This document shows positions 1-11,114 of a stretch of 64,000 nucleotides of DNA, one piece after another (position 1 is the stretch's first letter; every line of letters starts with the position of its first letter). The position numbers and the translations under genes were made by a program. The stretch spans positions 1,984,001 to 2,048,000 of the forward strand of contig OY760074.1 of NCBI GenBank assembly GCA_963663035.1, written 5' to 3'. The stretch comes from Acidobacteriota bacterium (GTDB lineage: Bacteria; Acidobacteriota; UBA6911; RPQK01; JADFOI01). The notes beneath the pieces are model-generated. The model was not told the DNA's origin and did not search any database. It was given only the letters and a program-made list of their open reading frames with translations.

Positions 1-490
1 CCAAGAAGTGTTTGATCCGAGCTGGGTCCTTCTGAATCGCCACATATCGTTCCGGGTGAGCAATGACTGGCGTATTACCAGCCGAAAAAACTCTCATGAT
101 CACTTCCTGGATCTGGCTAAACTGGAAGCCCGTATGAAACTCGAGCAACAGATAACGACTGCCGTTGAGAGTCAGCACACATCCCTCATCCAGAGCCTTC
201 AAAAACTCTGGAGAGGCGTAGTTTTCAGCCCCCGCGAAGAGGTGCATCTCTTCCAGAAAAGGAAAGGCATCCTGACAGGACTCTAACTCCGATTTGAGTT
301 TTTCAACCCGGTCACCGATCTCAACAAAATCATTGTTGTTGAAGAGGTCGAGAAACATATGGGGTGTGAGCACGATCTTCCTGGTTCCTGTCTCATGGGC
401 AATCTTTAACATGGCAATCGTCTCATCCACACTGACCGAGCCATCATCGACCCCCGGCAGTACATGCGAATGTATATCAATCAATTCCAT
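1..490 (-). CDS. CpsB/YwqE-type PHP-family tyrosine-protein phosphatase (3' end outside window)
   Basis: Not in ORF track. Manual translation from ATG at 490: MELIDIHSHVLPGVDDGS...IVLTPH...VIAHPERY, the PHP/CpsB motifs DxHxH, GxDDG, TPH and AHPERY. Confidence 0.9.
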   Translation of the reverse strand, partial: MELIDIHSHVLPGVDDGSVSVDETIAMLKIAHETGTRKIVLTPHMFLDLFNNNDFVEIGDRVEKLKSELESCQDAFPFLEEMHLFAGAENYASPEFLKALDEGCVLTLNGSRYLLLEFHTGFQFSQIQEVIMRVFSAGNTPVIAHPERYVAIQKDPARIKHFL

Positions 491-525
491 GTTCTCACTT
501 TTCAGTGTATCAGCTATCAGCTGGT

Positions 526-1494
526 CTAAGTGGTCAGCTGGCTGGCCCAAGCTCGGTTCGCCTGGTACCAGAGAACGAGAGCCTTCAGGCCTGCTTTAAA
601 ATCGTGTTGGGGTGCCCATTCCAGAAGCTCGGAGGCTTTGGTGATATCGGCCCATGTGGCTAACACGTCGGCCGGGTGACGGGGTCGAAACTCCAGTTTG
701 GCTTCTTTACCGACCAGTTCTTCAATGAGCCGGATGGCATCCAGAAGGACAATGGGTTGGTCGGACCCCAGGTTAATGGTTTGGTAACCCAGCGGTCTCA
801 GCGCCTGAATGGTACCGCGTGCAATATCGTCCACGTAGGTGAAATCACGAGACTGCTGACCGTCACCGAAGACCATGACGTCCTGTCCCTCACTGATCCA
901 TTGCACGAAACGAAACAGGCTCATGTCGGGGCGGCCGGCCGGGCCGTAGACCGTGAAGTATCGAAGCACTGTGATATCGATGCCGTAAAGGAAATGGTAG
1001 CTGTGGCACAGTGCTTCAGCCCCTTTCTTAGAAGCTGCATAGGGCGAAAGAGGTTCATGGGTAGGGGCATCTTCTCTGAAGGGCACAGATTCGCTGGCTC
1101 CATAAAGACTTGACGTGGAGGCCAAGACAAACTTGTTGACATCAAACTCTCGGCACAGCTCCAATAAATTCAGCGTTCCTGTAATATTGGTCTCAAGATA
1201 CACCCATGGATTTTCCGTTGACTGGCGGACACCAGCCCGAGCCGCCAGGTTAATCACAGCCTGGAACTTTGCAGAGAATAGATCCCGCAGCTGATCTCGG
1301 CTGCAGATGTCCACTTGTTGAAATCTAAACTCAGGCTTACCCTGAAGTTGCTCCAGACGCCACTGTTTGAGCCGCACATCATAGGCATCGTTGAGATTGT
1401 CGATTCCCACCACCTCATGGCCCTGTGCAAGCAAAAATTCACAGACTTTGGAAGCGATGAAGCCGGCGGCACCAGTTACCAGATAAGTCGTCAT
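526..1494 (-). CDS. NAD-dependent nucleotide-sugar epimerase (UDP-glucuronate 4-epimerase-like extended SDR)
   Basis: TGAAGFIA Rossmann motif, LAARAGVR, YAASK (YxxxK), RYFTVYGPAGRPDM, RDFTYVDD. Confidence 0.9.
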   Translation of the reverse strand: MTTYLVTGAAGFIASKVCEFLLAQGHEVVGIDNLNDAYDVRLKQWRLEQLQGKPEFRFQQVDICSRDQLRDLFSAKFQAVINLAARAGVRQSTENPWVYLETNITGTLNLLELCREFDVNKFVLASTSSLYGASESVPFREDAPTHEPLSPYAASKKGAEALCHSYHFLYGIDITVLRYFTVYGPAGRPDMSLFRFVQWISEGQDVMVFGDGQQSRDFTYVDDIARGTIQALRPLGYQTINLGSDQPIVLLDAIRLIEELVGKEAKLEFRPRHPADVLATWADITKASELLEWAPQHDFKAGLKALVLWYQANRAWASQLTT

Positions 1495-1512
1495 TCCCTT
1501 TCCTCAGCCAAA

Positions 1513-3240
<1,728 letters not shown>

Positions 3241-3268
3241 TCAATGGGATTCCTCGGATGGGCTGGAT

Positions 3269-3379
3269 CTAGGAGTTGATGATCTCTTTTAAGCCTCTGC
3301 CAGGAGTAAAATAAGTAACCGTTTTGGCGGGGACCTGGGAACTCTTAGCCACGCTCTCGGTCAAGTCAGCTTTTGTCAT
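3269..3379 (-). CDS. 36-aa internally deleted HU/IHF-like peptide (mini-protein or pseudogene)
   Basis: AGGAGGT RBS then MTKADLTESVAKSSQVPAKTVTYFTPGRGLKEIINS*. The N- and C-terminal parts resemble HU/IHF termini; the central region is absent. Confidence 0.7.
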   Translation of the reverse strand: MTKADLTESVAKSSQVPAKTVTYFTPGRGLKEIINS

Positions 3380-3526
3380 TTCTTCACCTCCTACGAGAAT
3401 CGAAGCACCCTGAAAAAGAGGATCTTACCACGTTCTTCCCAGAGCCAGAAGAGCTCAGAATCCGTGATTCACTGCTCACCTTGCTGCCCTGAACCCTTCT
3501 TTGACTCCTGGCCTTGTCTCCACTAG

Positions 3527-5143
3527 CCGCAATTATTCATAAGTTTGGGGTGAGTGTCGATTTTCTGCGGAAGTTCAGGGCTGAGAGTGTGTTCAGGTGC
3601 GATTACAAGGCGTCCAAGCTTGTTGAGCCGAATAGAGATGAAGCGAGAGCCCCTTCCGGAAACAGCTCGGCCCGCAGGGGGCTGTATATCTGTGTTGGCG
3701 CAGGGAGTCAGGGGAACGTCAGGTGGGACACAGACGGTGCATCAGTAATGCGAAGAGCTTTTGTTCGGGATAAGACGATGCCAGGTGCACCCAGATGCGA
3801 CGAGAAGTTTCCCGAACCCGGGCACCGATTTTGAACAGGCGGCGGCGGAGCGTCTCAATCTCCAGGTTGTGCCAGGGAGTCCCGCACAGGTAATCCCGCA
3901 GGCGCAGGATTAAGACATAGGCCAGGGCGTGGATGAAGAGTCGGAACTGGTTGGCCAGGAAACGGTGGCAGCTCAAGCGATCCATGGCCAGATCTTTTTT
4001 GAAAGCTTTCACGAAGTTCTCGCACTGGCCCCGTCCGATGTAGTGGTCATACAGCTGCCCGGCCGTGAGATCCTGGCGGTTGGTGACCACAAAGCGACGG
4101 TTGAACCCGCGCTCACTCACTTCCACCTTGGCCACCATGCGCCGCTCCCGGTCCCAACTGTCGGCCTGATAGACGAGCTCGGTGAACTGGCGTTGCTTTT
4201 CTCCTGAGTCGTCATAGTCTGCTTGCACCTGCTCAACCAAGGGCTCGACGGTGGCCGCCAGCCGGGAGTTGCGGGCAAAGCCCACCACATACTGCAGTTT
4301 TTCCTCCTCACAGAACTCGTACAGTGCCGGCGTCGCAAAGCCACTGTCGGCTCGCACTTCGATCGGAACATCGGATCCCAGAACCTGGCGCATCCGGGCC
4401 ACCACCCGTTTGAGAACCGCCACCGCGTGGGCGGCCGCCCCCTGGTTGCCGGGCCGCAGTAGCGCACATACCAGATCGCCCGTCTCGCCATCGAATAGCA
4501 GCAGCGGATGATACATGTGCTCGCGATAATAGCCGTGGTAAAAGCTGAACTCCTGCTGCCCATGCGTGACGTCATCCGTGCTGTCGATGTCCAGGATGAT
4601 CTTCTCGGGCCGGCTCTTCTTGCGGTGCTTCAAGTAGGTCTCCAGCAGCCACTGTCCCAGGCGAGTGAGATCCTTCGAGTCCACCGAGTTCTCCAGTCGC
4701 GACAGCGTGGGTTGAGAAGCCAGATCCGGATCGCTTTCCGGCAGCCGATCACACACGGTCTTGAAGATGGGATCCGAGCGCAAGCTGTCGGCATCGTTGC
4801 AGTCCTCATAGCCGGCCACGATCTGAAAGCTGCGCTGGGTGAGCAGTTCGCGAATCTGGTGGCGGACGTAGCGGCTATCTCGAGCGTCCTTCAGGCAGGA
4901 GGCAAAGCCAGCCGTCAGTCCGTGCTGTTGATCCAGGGCGTACAGACACAGCAGCCCGGCATCTCCATCGAATCGAGCCACCACTTTTCTGTCAGGGTGA
5001 GATGGCAAGTTGATCTGGCAGACTGCATCGCTGGGCCGTACCTTTTTGGTTTGGAGTTGTTTCATAACCCCTTTTATATCAAAGAGGTACGGCATCTTTT
5101 TGTGGATCAGACCCCTTCTTCTAGAATTTATGAATAATCCGGG
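3527..5143 (-). mobile_element. IS1380-family insertion sequence
   Basis: Imperfect TIRs CCGCAATTATTCATAAG and TTTATGAATAATCCGGG, each flanked by CTAG (3523-3526, 5144-5147); encodes the transposase below. Confidence 0.9.
3719..5095 (-). CDS. IS1380-family DDE transposase
   Basis: DAGL, GYEDCND, LASQPTLSRLEN, LDIDST, VRADSGF, YxxRGQCEN motifs. Confidence 0.92.
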   Translation of the reverse strand: MPYLFDIKGVMKQLQTKKVRPSDAVCQINLPSHPDRKVVARFDGDAGLLCLYALDQQHGLTAGFASCLKDARDSRYVRHQIRELLTQRSFQIVAGYEDCNDADSLRSDPIFKTVCDRLPESDPDLASQPTLSRLENSVDSKDLTRLGQWLLETYLKHRKKSRPEKIILDIDSTDDVTHGQQEFSFYHGYYREHMYHPLLLFDGETGDLVCALLRPGNQGAAAHAVAVLKRVVARMRQVLGSDVPIEVRADSGFATPALYEFCEEEKLQYVVGFARNSRLAATVEPLVEQVQADYDDSGEKQRQFTELVYQADSWDRERRMVAKVEVSERGFNRRFVVTNRQDLTAGQLYDHYIGRGQCENFVKAFKKDLAMDRLSCHRFLANQFRLFIHALAYVLILRLRDYLCGTPWHNLEIETLRRRLFKIGARVRETSRRIWVHLASSYPEQKLFALLMHRLCPT

Positions 5144-5181
5144 CTAGAATCCACGCGGAATCACACCAACCCTTCAAACTC

Positions 5182-5991
5182 ATGCCAGAACAGCTGCACA
5201 GCCATACCTCAATTGAATGGGCGCTCAAACGGGATCGCCTGATTGTCATCGCTGGTCTGGCGGCAGTTTCACTGGTTGCCTGGGCTTACATGTTTTACCT
5301 GGCTGGGAAGATGGGGAACATGAAGGTGGGGATGGACATGGCTCTGCCTCAAATCGATCCCTGGGGAATGATGGATCTCCTCCTGACCTTTTTCATGTGG
5401 ACAGTCATGATGGTTGCCATGATGGTGCCTTCCGTTTCCCCCATGGTCTTATTGTTGGCCACCATTAACCGACAGCGTTTCCCGGAGTGAAGTCCTGTAG
5501 CCCCCACAGCGATCTTTATGCTTGGCTATCTGATCGTTTGGACACTCTTTAGTTTGATGGCCACATTGGCTCAGTGGGGCTTGCACTCGGCGGCGCTTCT
5601 CTCTTCCACAATGGTGAGCACGAGCCCTATCCTGGGCGCGGCATTACTGATTGCCGCTGGTCTCTTTCAGTGGACTCCTCTTAAAAGCGCCTGCTTGAAA
5701 CATTGCAGGTCGCCCCTGGAGTTCCTTACCAGGAATTGGCGAAAAGGAACTGGGGGTTCTTTGCTGATGGGTCTCCGACACGGTGGAGTCTGCACAGGTT
5801 GTTGCTGGGTCCTCATGGCATTGCTCTTTGTGGCCGGGGTGATGAACCTCCTTTGGGTGGGACTTATTGCGATCTTTGTGCTGGCTGAGAAGATCTTTCC
5901 CCGTGGAGACTTGATGGGACGTGCGGCGGGAGGAGTCCTGGTCCTTGCGGGCCTGATCCTCTTAGCCGGGACTATGCATAGGTTTTCGTGA
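5182..5991 (+). pseudogene. DUF2182-type metal-binding membrane protein with one in-frame TGA
   Basis: MWTVMMVAMMVPS, FQWTPLKSACLKHCRSP, GCCWVLM and GVMNLLW motifs. ORFs 5182-5490 and 5518-5991 share a frame and are separated only by TGA at 5488-5490. The last codons are supplied by MITE copy 1. Confidence 0.8.
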
Positions 5992-6110
5992 CGAAGTGCC
6001 GCTGGCGCCGCGATGACAAGGCGTGCGAGGGGTACCCGCTTGCGGGTCGCACAACGCAGTCAGCGTGGATGATTGCGGCACTGCAGTAGAAAATTTATGC
6101 ATAATCCCGG
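5966..6110 (+). mobile_element. 145-bp MITE copy 1 (IS1380-like ends)
   Basis: TIRs CCGGGACTATGCATA and TATGCATAATCCCGG; flanks TTAG and CTAG; near-identical to 10959-11103. Confidence 0.85.
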
Positions 6111-7745
6111 CTAGGGTTTAAGATCGCTCCAGATTTTCTCCAGATCGGGAGCCTTCCACCAACGATCTGCACCCGTGTCTCGGACGATCACCTGAGCGGC
6201 ATTGTAGCCCGGGGCCCCGGTAATGTTGCCGCCCGGATGGCAGCAGGAACCCGCCAGGTACAGGCCTTCGACGGGAGTGCTGTACTGAGAGCACTCCGGA
6301 AAGGGGCGCTTGTCCAGAAATTGATCCTCACTCAATTCTCCGCACATCCAGTCCCCATGCTGCATGTTGGGAAGGTGCCGCTCAACATCCAACGGACTCA
6401 GCCCAAACCAATCCACAATGGTGTCCTTATTGATGTTGGGAGCATATTGACTGATGAACTCAATCTCCCTTTCACACAGTTCATCGACAATCTCATCCCA
6501 GTGCTGGGGACTTTCCTTGAGAGAGTAAGGCGCTAGCTGCCAGAACCAGGCCACATGCTTCCCCTCCGGTGCCTGGGTGGGATCAAAAACGGTGGGTACG
6601 CCTCCGATGAGCTGGCGCCGTGTGGGAACCCGACCCGCATAGCAATCCTCAATCACGCGGCGAATGTCCTCGGTGCTGTCCACACCCATCACCATGAGCC
6701 AGGCCTTCATAACGTCGGGGTCATATTCCGCTGCCACCCACTGGGGCCGCTCGTGCAAAGCCAGGTGAACAGTGAGAATGGGAGTGGTCTGCGAGTACTT
6801 GAAATTCTCAGCCCGCTTTTTCAATGTCGCATCGATTTTGTCGCCGTCCAATAACTGGAGGAAAGTCTGCTGTGGGTTGAGCGTACTGGCTACGAATTTG
6901 CGGGCTTTCAAGATGCGGCCATCCGCCAGGCGCACCCCCACGGCACGCCCATCCTCCATAAGAATCTCCACTGCTGACTGACCTTCGTAGACTTCTCCGC
7001 CATTCTTGATCACCATCTGGTTGAGAGTATGGGCCATTCGGTGGGAAGTTCCCCGCGAGATGGTGGAAGAGATTCCGGCGGCACAGGCTACCGGCACGAC
7101 ATAACCCTGCCCCGGCTCATCCAGTTCATTGCCGCGAATCAAAAACAGGTAGCTCACCATGGCCTTCACCTGGTCACTTTCGAAGACCTCTTCCACCACA
7201 TCACTGATGGTACGATGTGCAAACTCGTAATAGAGCTTTCCAGCCTCACTTTTCTCGAGCAACGCTCTTTTTTTCTGGGCCGGCATGGGAGGCGAGAAGG
7301 TCTCCGGTGCGATGATGGATTGAACCACAGGCTTAAAGCGCCGATGAAAATCACGAAAGGTTTTGGCGTCTTTTTCGCTAAAGCGCGCGATACTGGAACA
7401 GGTCTGCTCGACGTCATGATTGTGCCAAAGCAGACAAGTCTTATCCCGAAACAACATGCCCACCGCAATCTCTGGTCGGATGTATTCCTGCCCATAACTG
7501 GACAACTCCAGGTCTTTGAACCAGGGCAAGTCGGGAACGGCTCGGTGGTTTTGTGAGTGAATATTGTGCCAGAAACCATGAGCTCGGGGATTCTCGTGGG
7601 CATCCAATCCCCCTCCCACCTCCAGGTGCCGCTCCACTACAGCCACGGAGAGACCGGCTTTCAAGAGATACCCCTGGAGAATCATCCCGTTGTGACCGGC
7701 ACCGATCACGATTCCGTCGTATTCATGACCTGAGTTTGTTGCCAT
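6111..7745 (-). CDS. Phytoene-dehydrogenase-like NAD(P)/FAD oxidoreductase (COG1233)
   Basis: GAGHNG FAD-binding start, DPTQAPEGKH, C-terminal LYLAGSCCHPGGNITGAPGYNAA. Confidence 0.85.
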   Translation of the reverse strand: MATNSGHEYDGIVIGAGHNGMILQGYLLKAGLSVAVVERHLEVGGGLDAHENPRAHGFWHNIHSQNHRAVPDLPWFKDLELSSYGQEYIRPEIAVGMLFRDKTCLLWHNHDVEQTCSSIARFSEKDAKTFRDFHRRFKPVVQSIIAPETFSPPMPAQKKRALLEKSEAGKLYYEFAHRTISDVVEEVFESDQVKAMVSYLFLIRGNELDEPGQGYVVPVACAAGISSTISRGTSHRMAHTLNQMVIKNGGEVYEGQSAVEILMEDGRAVGVRLADGRILKARKFVASTLNPQQTFLQLLDGDKIDATLKKRAENFKYSQTTPILTVHLALHERPQWVAAEYDPDVMKAWLMVMGVDSTEDIRRVIEDCYAGRVPTRRQLIGGVPTVFDPTQAPEGKHVAWFWQLAPYSLKESPQHWDEIVDELCEREIEFISQYAPNINKDTIVDWFGLSPLDVERHLPNMQHGDWMCGELSEDQFLDKRPFPECSQYSTPVEGLYLAGSCCHPGGNITGAPGYNAAQVIVRDTGADRWWKAPDLEKIWSDLKP

Positions 7746-7762
7746 ATTATTAGCCTTGCTCC

Positions 7763-9298
7763 TCAGATGGAGGCCGGAATCGAGAGTCCCAGATCACTGG
7801 CAATCACCTTGGCAGCGATATAGCCCGGAGCTCCCTCAATTCCGGCGCCCGGATGCATGTAAGCTCCCCCCAGGTACAGATTCTTGATGGGGGTTCGAAA
7901 ATTGGATAGTTCAGGCAGCGGCCGGCTGGCACCCAGCTGGACTCCGGCAGACTTTCCTCCAAAAACGGCTCCCTGGGGATAGCGCCACTTGGTCACAAAG
8001 TCATCAGGAGACATGGAGGCTTGCCGCATGACATTTTTCGTTGTGACGTTGGGAAAGTACTCGCCTACCCAACCGAGGACCTGCTCGGTATAAGAGGCGG
8101 CGACCTCACTCCACGGTCCACTCTTCAGCTTTGCTGGAACGATCTGCCAGATGAGAAAGGTGTGTTTTCCCGGCAGGGCCTGGGAGGGATCATGCAGAGA
8201 AGGACAGGAGACGATGGCTCCCAGACGGTTGGGAAGCTCGCCGCGCTGGATCTGGGCAACGTGCTCCTGGACATCTTCCGCTGATTCAAAACCCAGGGTC
8301 CAGCGAAGGGCCTTTGCGGCGCTCGGATCCTTTGCCCTGACCTGAGGGGCCTCATTAAGCGCTGCATGAATCACGAACAGCGAAAACTCTTCCCACTGAT
8401 AATCACCCAACCGCTGGCCCAGCTCCGCAGGAATGTGTTCCTCACCGACCAGAGACCGGAAAGTGGTGTGGAGGTCCACCGTACTGACCACAACCTTGGC
8501 CAAAAGCTTCCGTCCAGTGGAGGTCTCCACGCCCACAGCCTGGCCGTTCTCTATCAGGATTCGCCTCACGGGAGTCGAGTCCCAGATCCAGCCGTTGTTT
8601 CTCAACTGCTCCGTCCACAGAGACTGAGCCAGCTCATGACTTCCCCCCTCGACTATTCGACTCGCTGTGGCCGTGCCCACCACCAACTCGAGGAAACGGC
8701 CGGCACCTGCATAGTCATACAAGATCCCCCGCGGGACCATGAAGTGGCTCAGCAAAAGCGCCTGTGTCAAGGGATGCTGGAAATCGGCCTGAATGGCCTC
8801 CAACGGAGTCAACTCGGCGCGCGAATCAAAGCCTTCATGTCCCATCCCGTTGCCAGCCAGATTGAGAAGGTAGGGCTGGTAATGGGCACTCAAGGCGGCA
8901 TGAAAAGCCTCAGAGTGTCGACGCCACACCTCGGCATCCTGTTGGGACCAGCGAGAGAGATTCGAGACCGTCTGCTCGAGGTCAGAACACAGGGTGAGGC
9001 TCTCCCCATCTTGTTTGAGAAGGCTGCTCTGCACGGAGGGATGGAGATAGATCGTGTTGGCGTCGCGCAGGCGCAGGTCCTCATAAATCGGAGTGACGTC
9101 TACCGTGTCGTGATAGTAAGAGCCCGTGTTATGCCAGCAGCCCATAACGGTGAACTCTTCAGTGGAAAGCCCTCCCCCGGATTCCAGCCGTCGCTCACAC
9201 ACCAAGACACTGAGACCGGCCCTGCCCAGGTAGTTTCCCACCACCATTCCGTTCTCACCTGCTCCTATGATGATGGCATCAAAAGTATCCTTACTCAT
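7763..9298 (-). CDS. Second phytoene-dehydrogenase-like FAD oxidoreductase (COG1233)
   Basis: GAGENG, DPSQALPGKH, NLYLGGAYMHPGAGIEGAPGY; 17-bp gap to its paralog. Confidence 0.85.
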   Translation of the reverse strand: MSKDTFDAIIIGAGENGMVVGNYLGRAGLSVLVCERRLESGGGLSTEEFTVMGCWHNTGSYYHDTVDVTPIYEDLRLRDANTIYLHPSVQSSLLKQDGESLTLCSDLEQTVSNLSRWSQQDAEVWRRHSEAFHAALSAHYQPYLLNLAGNGMGHEGFDSRAELTPLEAIQADFQHPLTQALLLSHFMVPRGILYDYAGAGRFLELVVGTATASRIVEGGSHELAQSLWTEQLRNNGWIWDSTPVRRILIENGQAVGVETSTGRKLLAKVVVSTVDLHTTFRSLVGEEHIPAELGQRLGDYQWEEFSLFVIHAALNEAPQVRAKDPSAAKALRWTLGFESAEDVQEHVAQIQRGELPNRLGAIVSCPSLHDPSQALPGKHTFLIWQIVPAKLKSGPWSEVAASYTEQVLGWVGEYFPNVTTKNVMRQASMSPDDFVTKWRYPQGAVFGGKSAGVQLGASRPLPELSNFRTPIKNLYLGGAYMHPGAGIEGAPGYIAAKVIASDLGLSIPASI

Positions 9299-9410
9299 GT
9301 TCTTTTCTCCTCTTCCGCTAGACTTTACTATATTGAAGCTCTATTAATAAGGGGGAAAATCTCATAAGGGGCACACCCATACCCCGGACACAGTACCTGA
9401 GAGCCTTCGG

Positions 9411-10958
9411 ATGTCAAACAGGGATATTCAGACAGCTTCCCATTATCACGAACAGACCAAGCATTCCTATCAGAGCGTCCGTTCCAATCCCCACTATATG
9501 AATTGGTCGACTCAACCGGTTCCTTTCAAAATTTATCCCGAGCTGGAGCCCATCCCGCTCCCGCGCCAGTGGAAAGAGACAGAGACCGCCGCCCTGTCAG
9601 CTATCTCCCAACTCACCGTCCCGGTAAAGGGCGAAAGGATTCCAAATCTCAATGATCTGGCCCGGCTGCTCTACTTTTCGGCAGGGGTCACCAGAAAGAG
9701 AAGCTCTCCCATGGGAGAGGTACTGTTTCGGGCGGCCTCCTGCACGGGAGCTCTTTACGAAGTGGAACTTTACCTCGTCTGTGGTGCCCTGCCGGATCTG
9801 CCGGCGGGTGTCTACCACTTTACTCCCCAGGACTTTGCCCTGCGCCGCTTGCGCAAGGGCGACTATCGGGCAGTGCTGGCTCACGCTTCCGGTGAGGAAC
9901 CCAATGTGGTGGCAGCTCCTGCGGTGATCATTTCTACGGGGACTTACTGGCGTAACGCCTGGAAGTACCAGGCCCGCACCTATCGTCACTTCGGCTGGGA
10001 TAATGGCACGCTTCTGGCTAATCTGCTGGCTATAGGGCTCGCTCTGCAGTTGCCGGCTGAACTGATCCTCGGCTTCGTGGACGATGATGTAACTCGACTG
10101 CTGGATCTGGAGAACGAACGCGAAGTGGCGTTGTCCATGGTATCGCTGGGCAGCACAACCCAGAAAGCCGCTGAGCTGGCGGCGGAAGTAGAGCCGCTGG
10201 GACTGGGTAAACCGCCTCTTGCACAAGGGGAGGTGGACTACCCGGCAATGCGCCTCATGCACTCTGCCAGCGGTCTCCTTTCAAAAGAGGAAGCCGCCCT
10301 TTGGCGAGGACAAACTCCTACCCAGGATGCTCCTGTCCCCAAAGGTCAGGTCTGGAAGCTTGATCCTCAGCCCGAAGCCGCCCCTGACTCGATTGAGCAG
10401 GTGGTACGGCGCCGCGGCTCCAGTCGACAATTTGAACATCAGCCCATCTCCTTTCAGGAATTCTCCACAGTGCTTTACTGCTCGGCGCAGGGGATAGCAG
10501 CTGACTTCCTGGAACCCCTTGGCGTTTTCCTGAATCATTGGTATCTGATCGTCAATGCAGTGGAGGACATTCCATCGGGCGCCTATGTTCTGCATCGCCA
10601 GAGCTGGGAATTGGAGCTCCTCAAGGAGGGGAACTTCAGAGGCGAGGCCGGATACTTAGGTCTGGAGCAGGCGCTGCCGGCGGATGCCAGTGCTAACGTC
10701 TTTTTCCTGGCCGATTTAGAACCGATTCTGAAACGCTTCGGTAACCGCGGATATCGGGCGGTACAGCTGGAGGCTGGAGTCCTGGGAGGAAAGCTCTACC
10801 TGGCCGCCTATGCCCAAGGACTGGGCGCCACCGGGCTTACCTTTTACGACGATGATGTGATTGAATTTTTCTCTCCCCATGCAAAGGGAAAAAGTGCTAT
10901 TTTTCTGATGGCCCTGGGACATAGTCGTTCTCCTGTGACAGGCAGACCGCGTCTCTAG
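9411..10958 (+). CDS. SagB/ThcOx-family dehydrogenase with two nitroreductase-like domains
   Basis: YHEQTKH, FRAASCTGALY, WKYQARTYRH, RRRGSSR, EAGVLG, GATGLTFYDD. Confidence 0.85.
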   Translation: MSNRDIQTASHYHEQTKHSYQSVRSNPHYMNWSTQPVPFKIYPELEPIPLPRQWKETETAALSAISQLTVPVKGERIPNLNDLARLLYFSAGVTRKRSSPMGEVLFRAASCTGALYEVELYLVCGALPDLPAGVYHFTPQDFALRRLRKGDYRAVLAHASGEEPNVVAAPAVIISTGTYWRNAWKYQARTYRHFGWDNGTLLANLLAIGLALQLPAELILGFVDDDVTRLLDLENEREVALSMVSLGSTTQKAAELAAEVEPLGLGKPPLAQGEVDYPAMRLMHSASGLLSKEEAALWRGQTPTQDAPVPKGQVWKLDPQPEAAPDSIEQVVRRRGSSRQFEHQPISFQEFSTVLYCSAQGIAADFLEPLGVFLNHWYLIVNAVEDIPSGAYVLHRQSWELELLKEGNFRGEAGYLGLEQALPADASANVFFLADLEPILKRFGNRGYRAVQLEAGVLGGKLYLAAYAQGLGATGLTFYDDDVIEFFSPHAKGKSAIFLMALGHSRSPVTGRPRL

Positions 10959-11103
10959 CCGGGATTATGCATAGGTTTTCGTGACGAAGTGCCGCTAGCG
11001 CCGCGATGACAAGGCGTGCGAGGGGTACCCGCTTGCGGGTCGCACAACGCAGTCAGCGTGGATGATTGCGGCACTGCAGTAGAAAATTTATGCATAATTC
11101 CGG
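10959..11103 (+). mobile_element. 145-bp MITE copy 2
   Basis: TIRs CCGGGATTATGCATA and TATGCATAATTCCGG; left flank CTAG contains the SagB stop codon; right flank CTAA. Confidence 0.85.
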
Positions 11104-11114
11104 CTAATTGTTGC

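Noticed and set aside
5488-5520. Selenocysteine read-through of the DUF2182 TGA
   Set aside because: The stop lies in a charged loop, not a Cys motif, and I see no convincing SECIS hairpin after it; a nonsense mutation is simpler.
6111-9298. Carotenoid biosynthesis (crtI)
   Set aside because: No crtB or crtE; motifs support only the broad COG1233 family.
8366-9367. Long antisense ORFs (this one, 2242-2970, 45620-46384, 49925-50668, 52134-53117 and similar)
   Set aside because: Shadow frames opposite well-supported genes, with no motifs of their own.
9411-10958. Azole-containing RiPP cluster around the SagB-like gene
   Set aside because: No YcaO, E1-like protein, precursor peptide or transporter nearby.
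11016-11114. N-terminal extension of the amidohydrolase ORF
   Set aside because: It is translated MITE sequence; real similarity starts near 11115.
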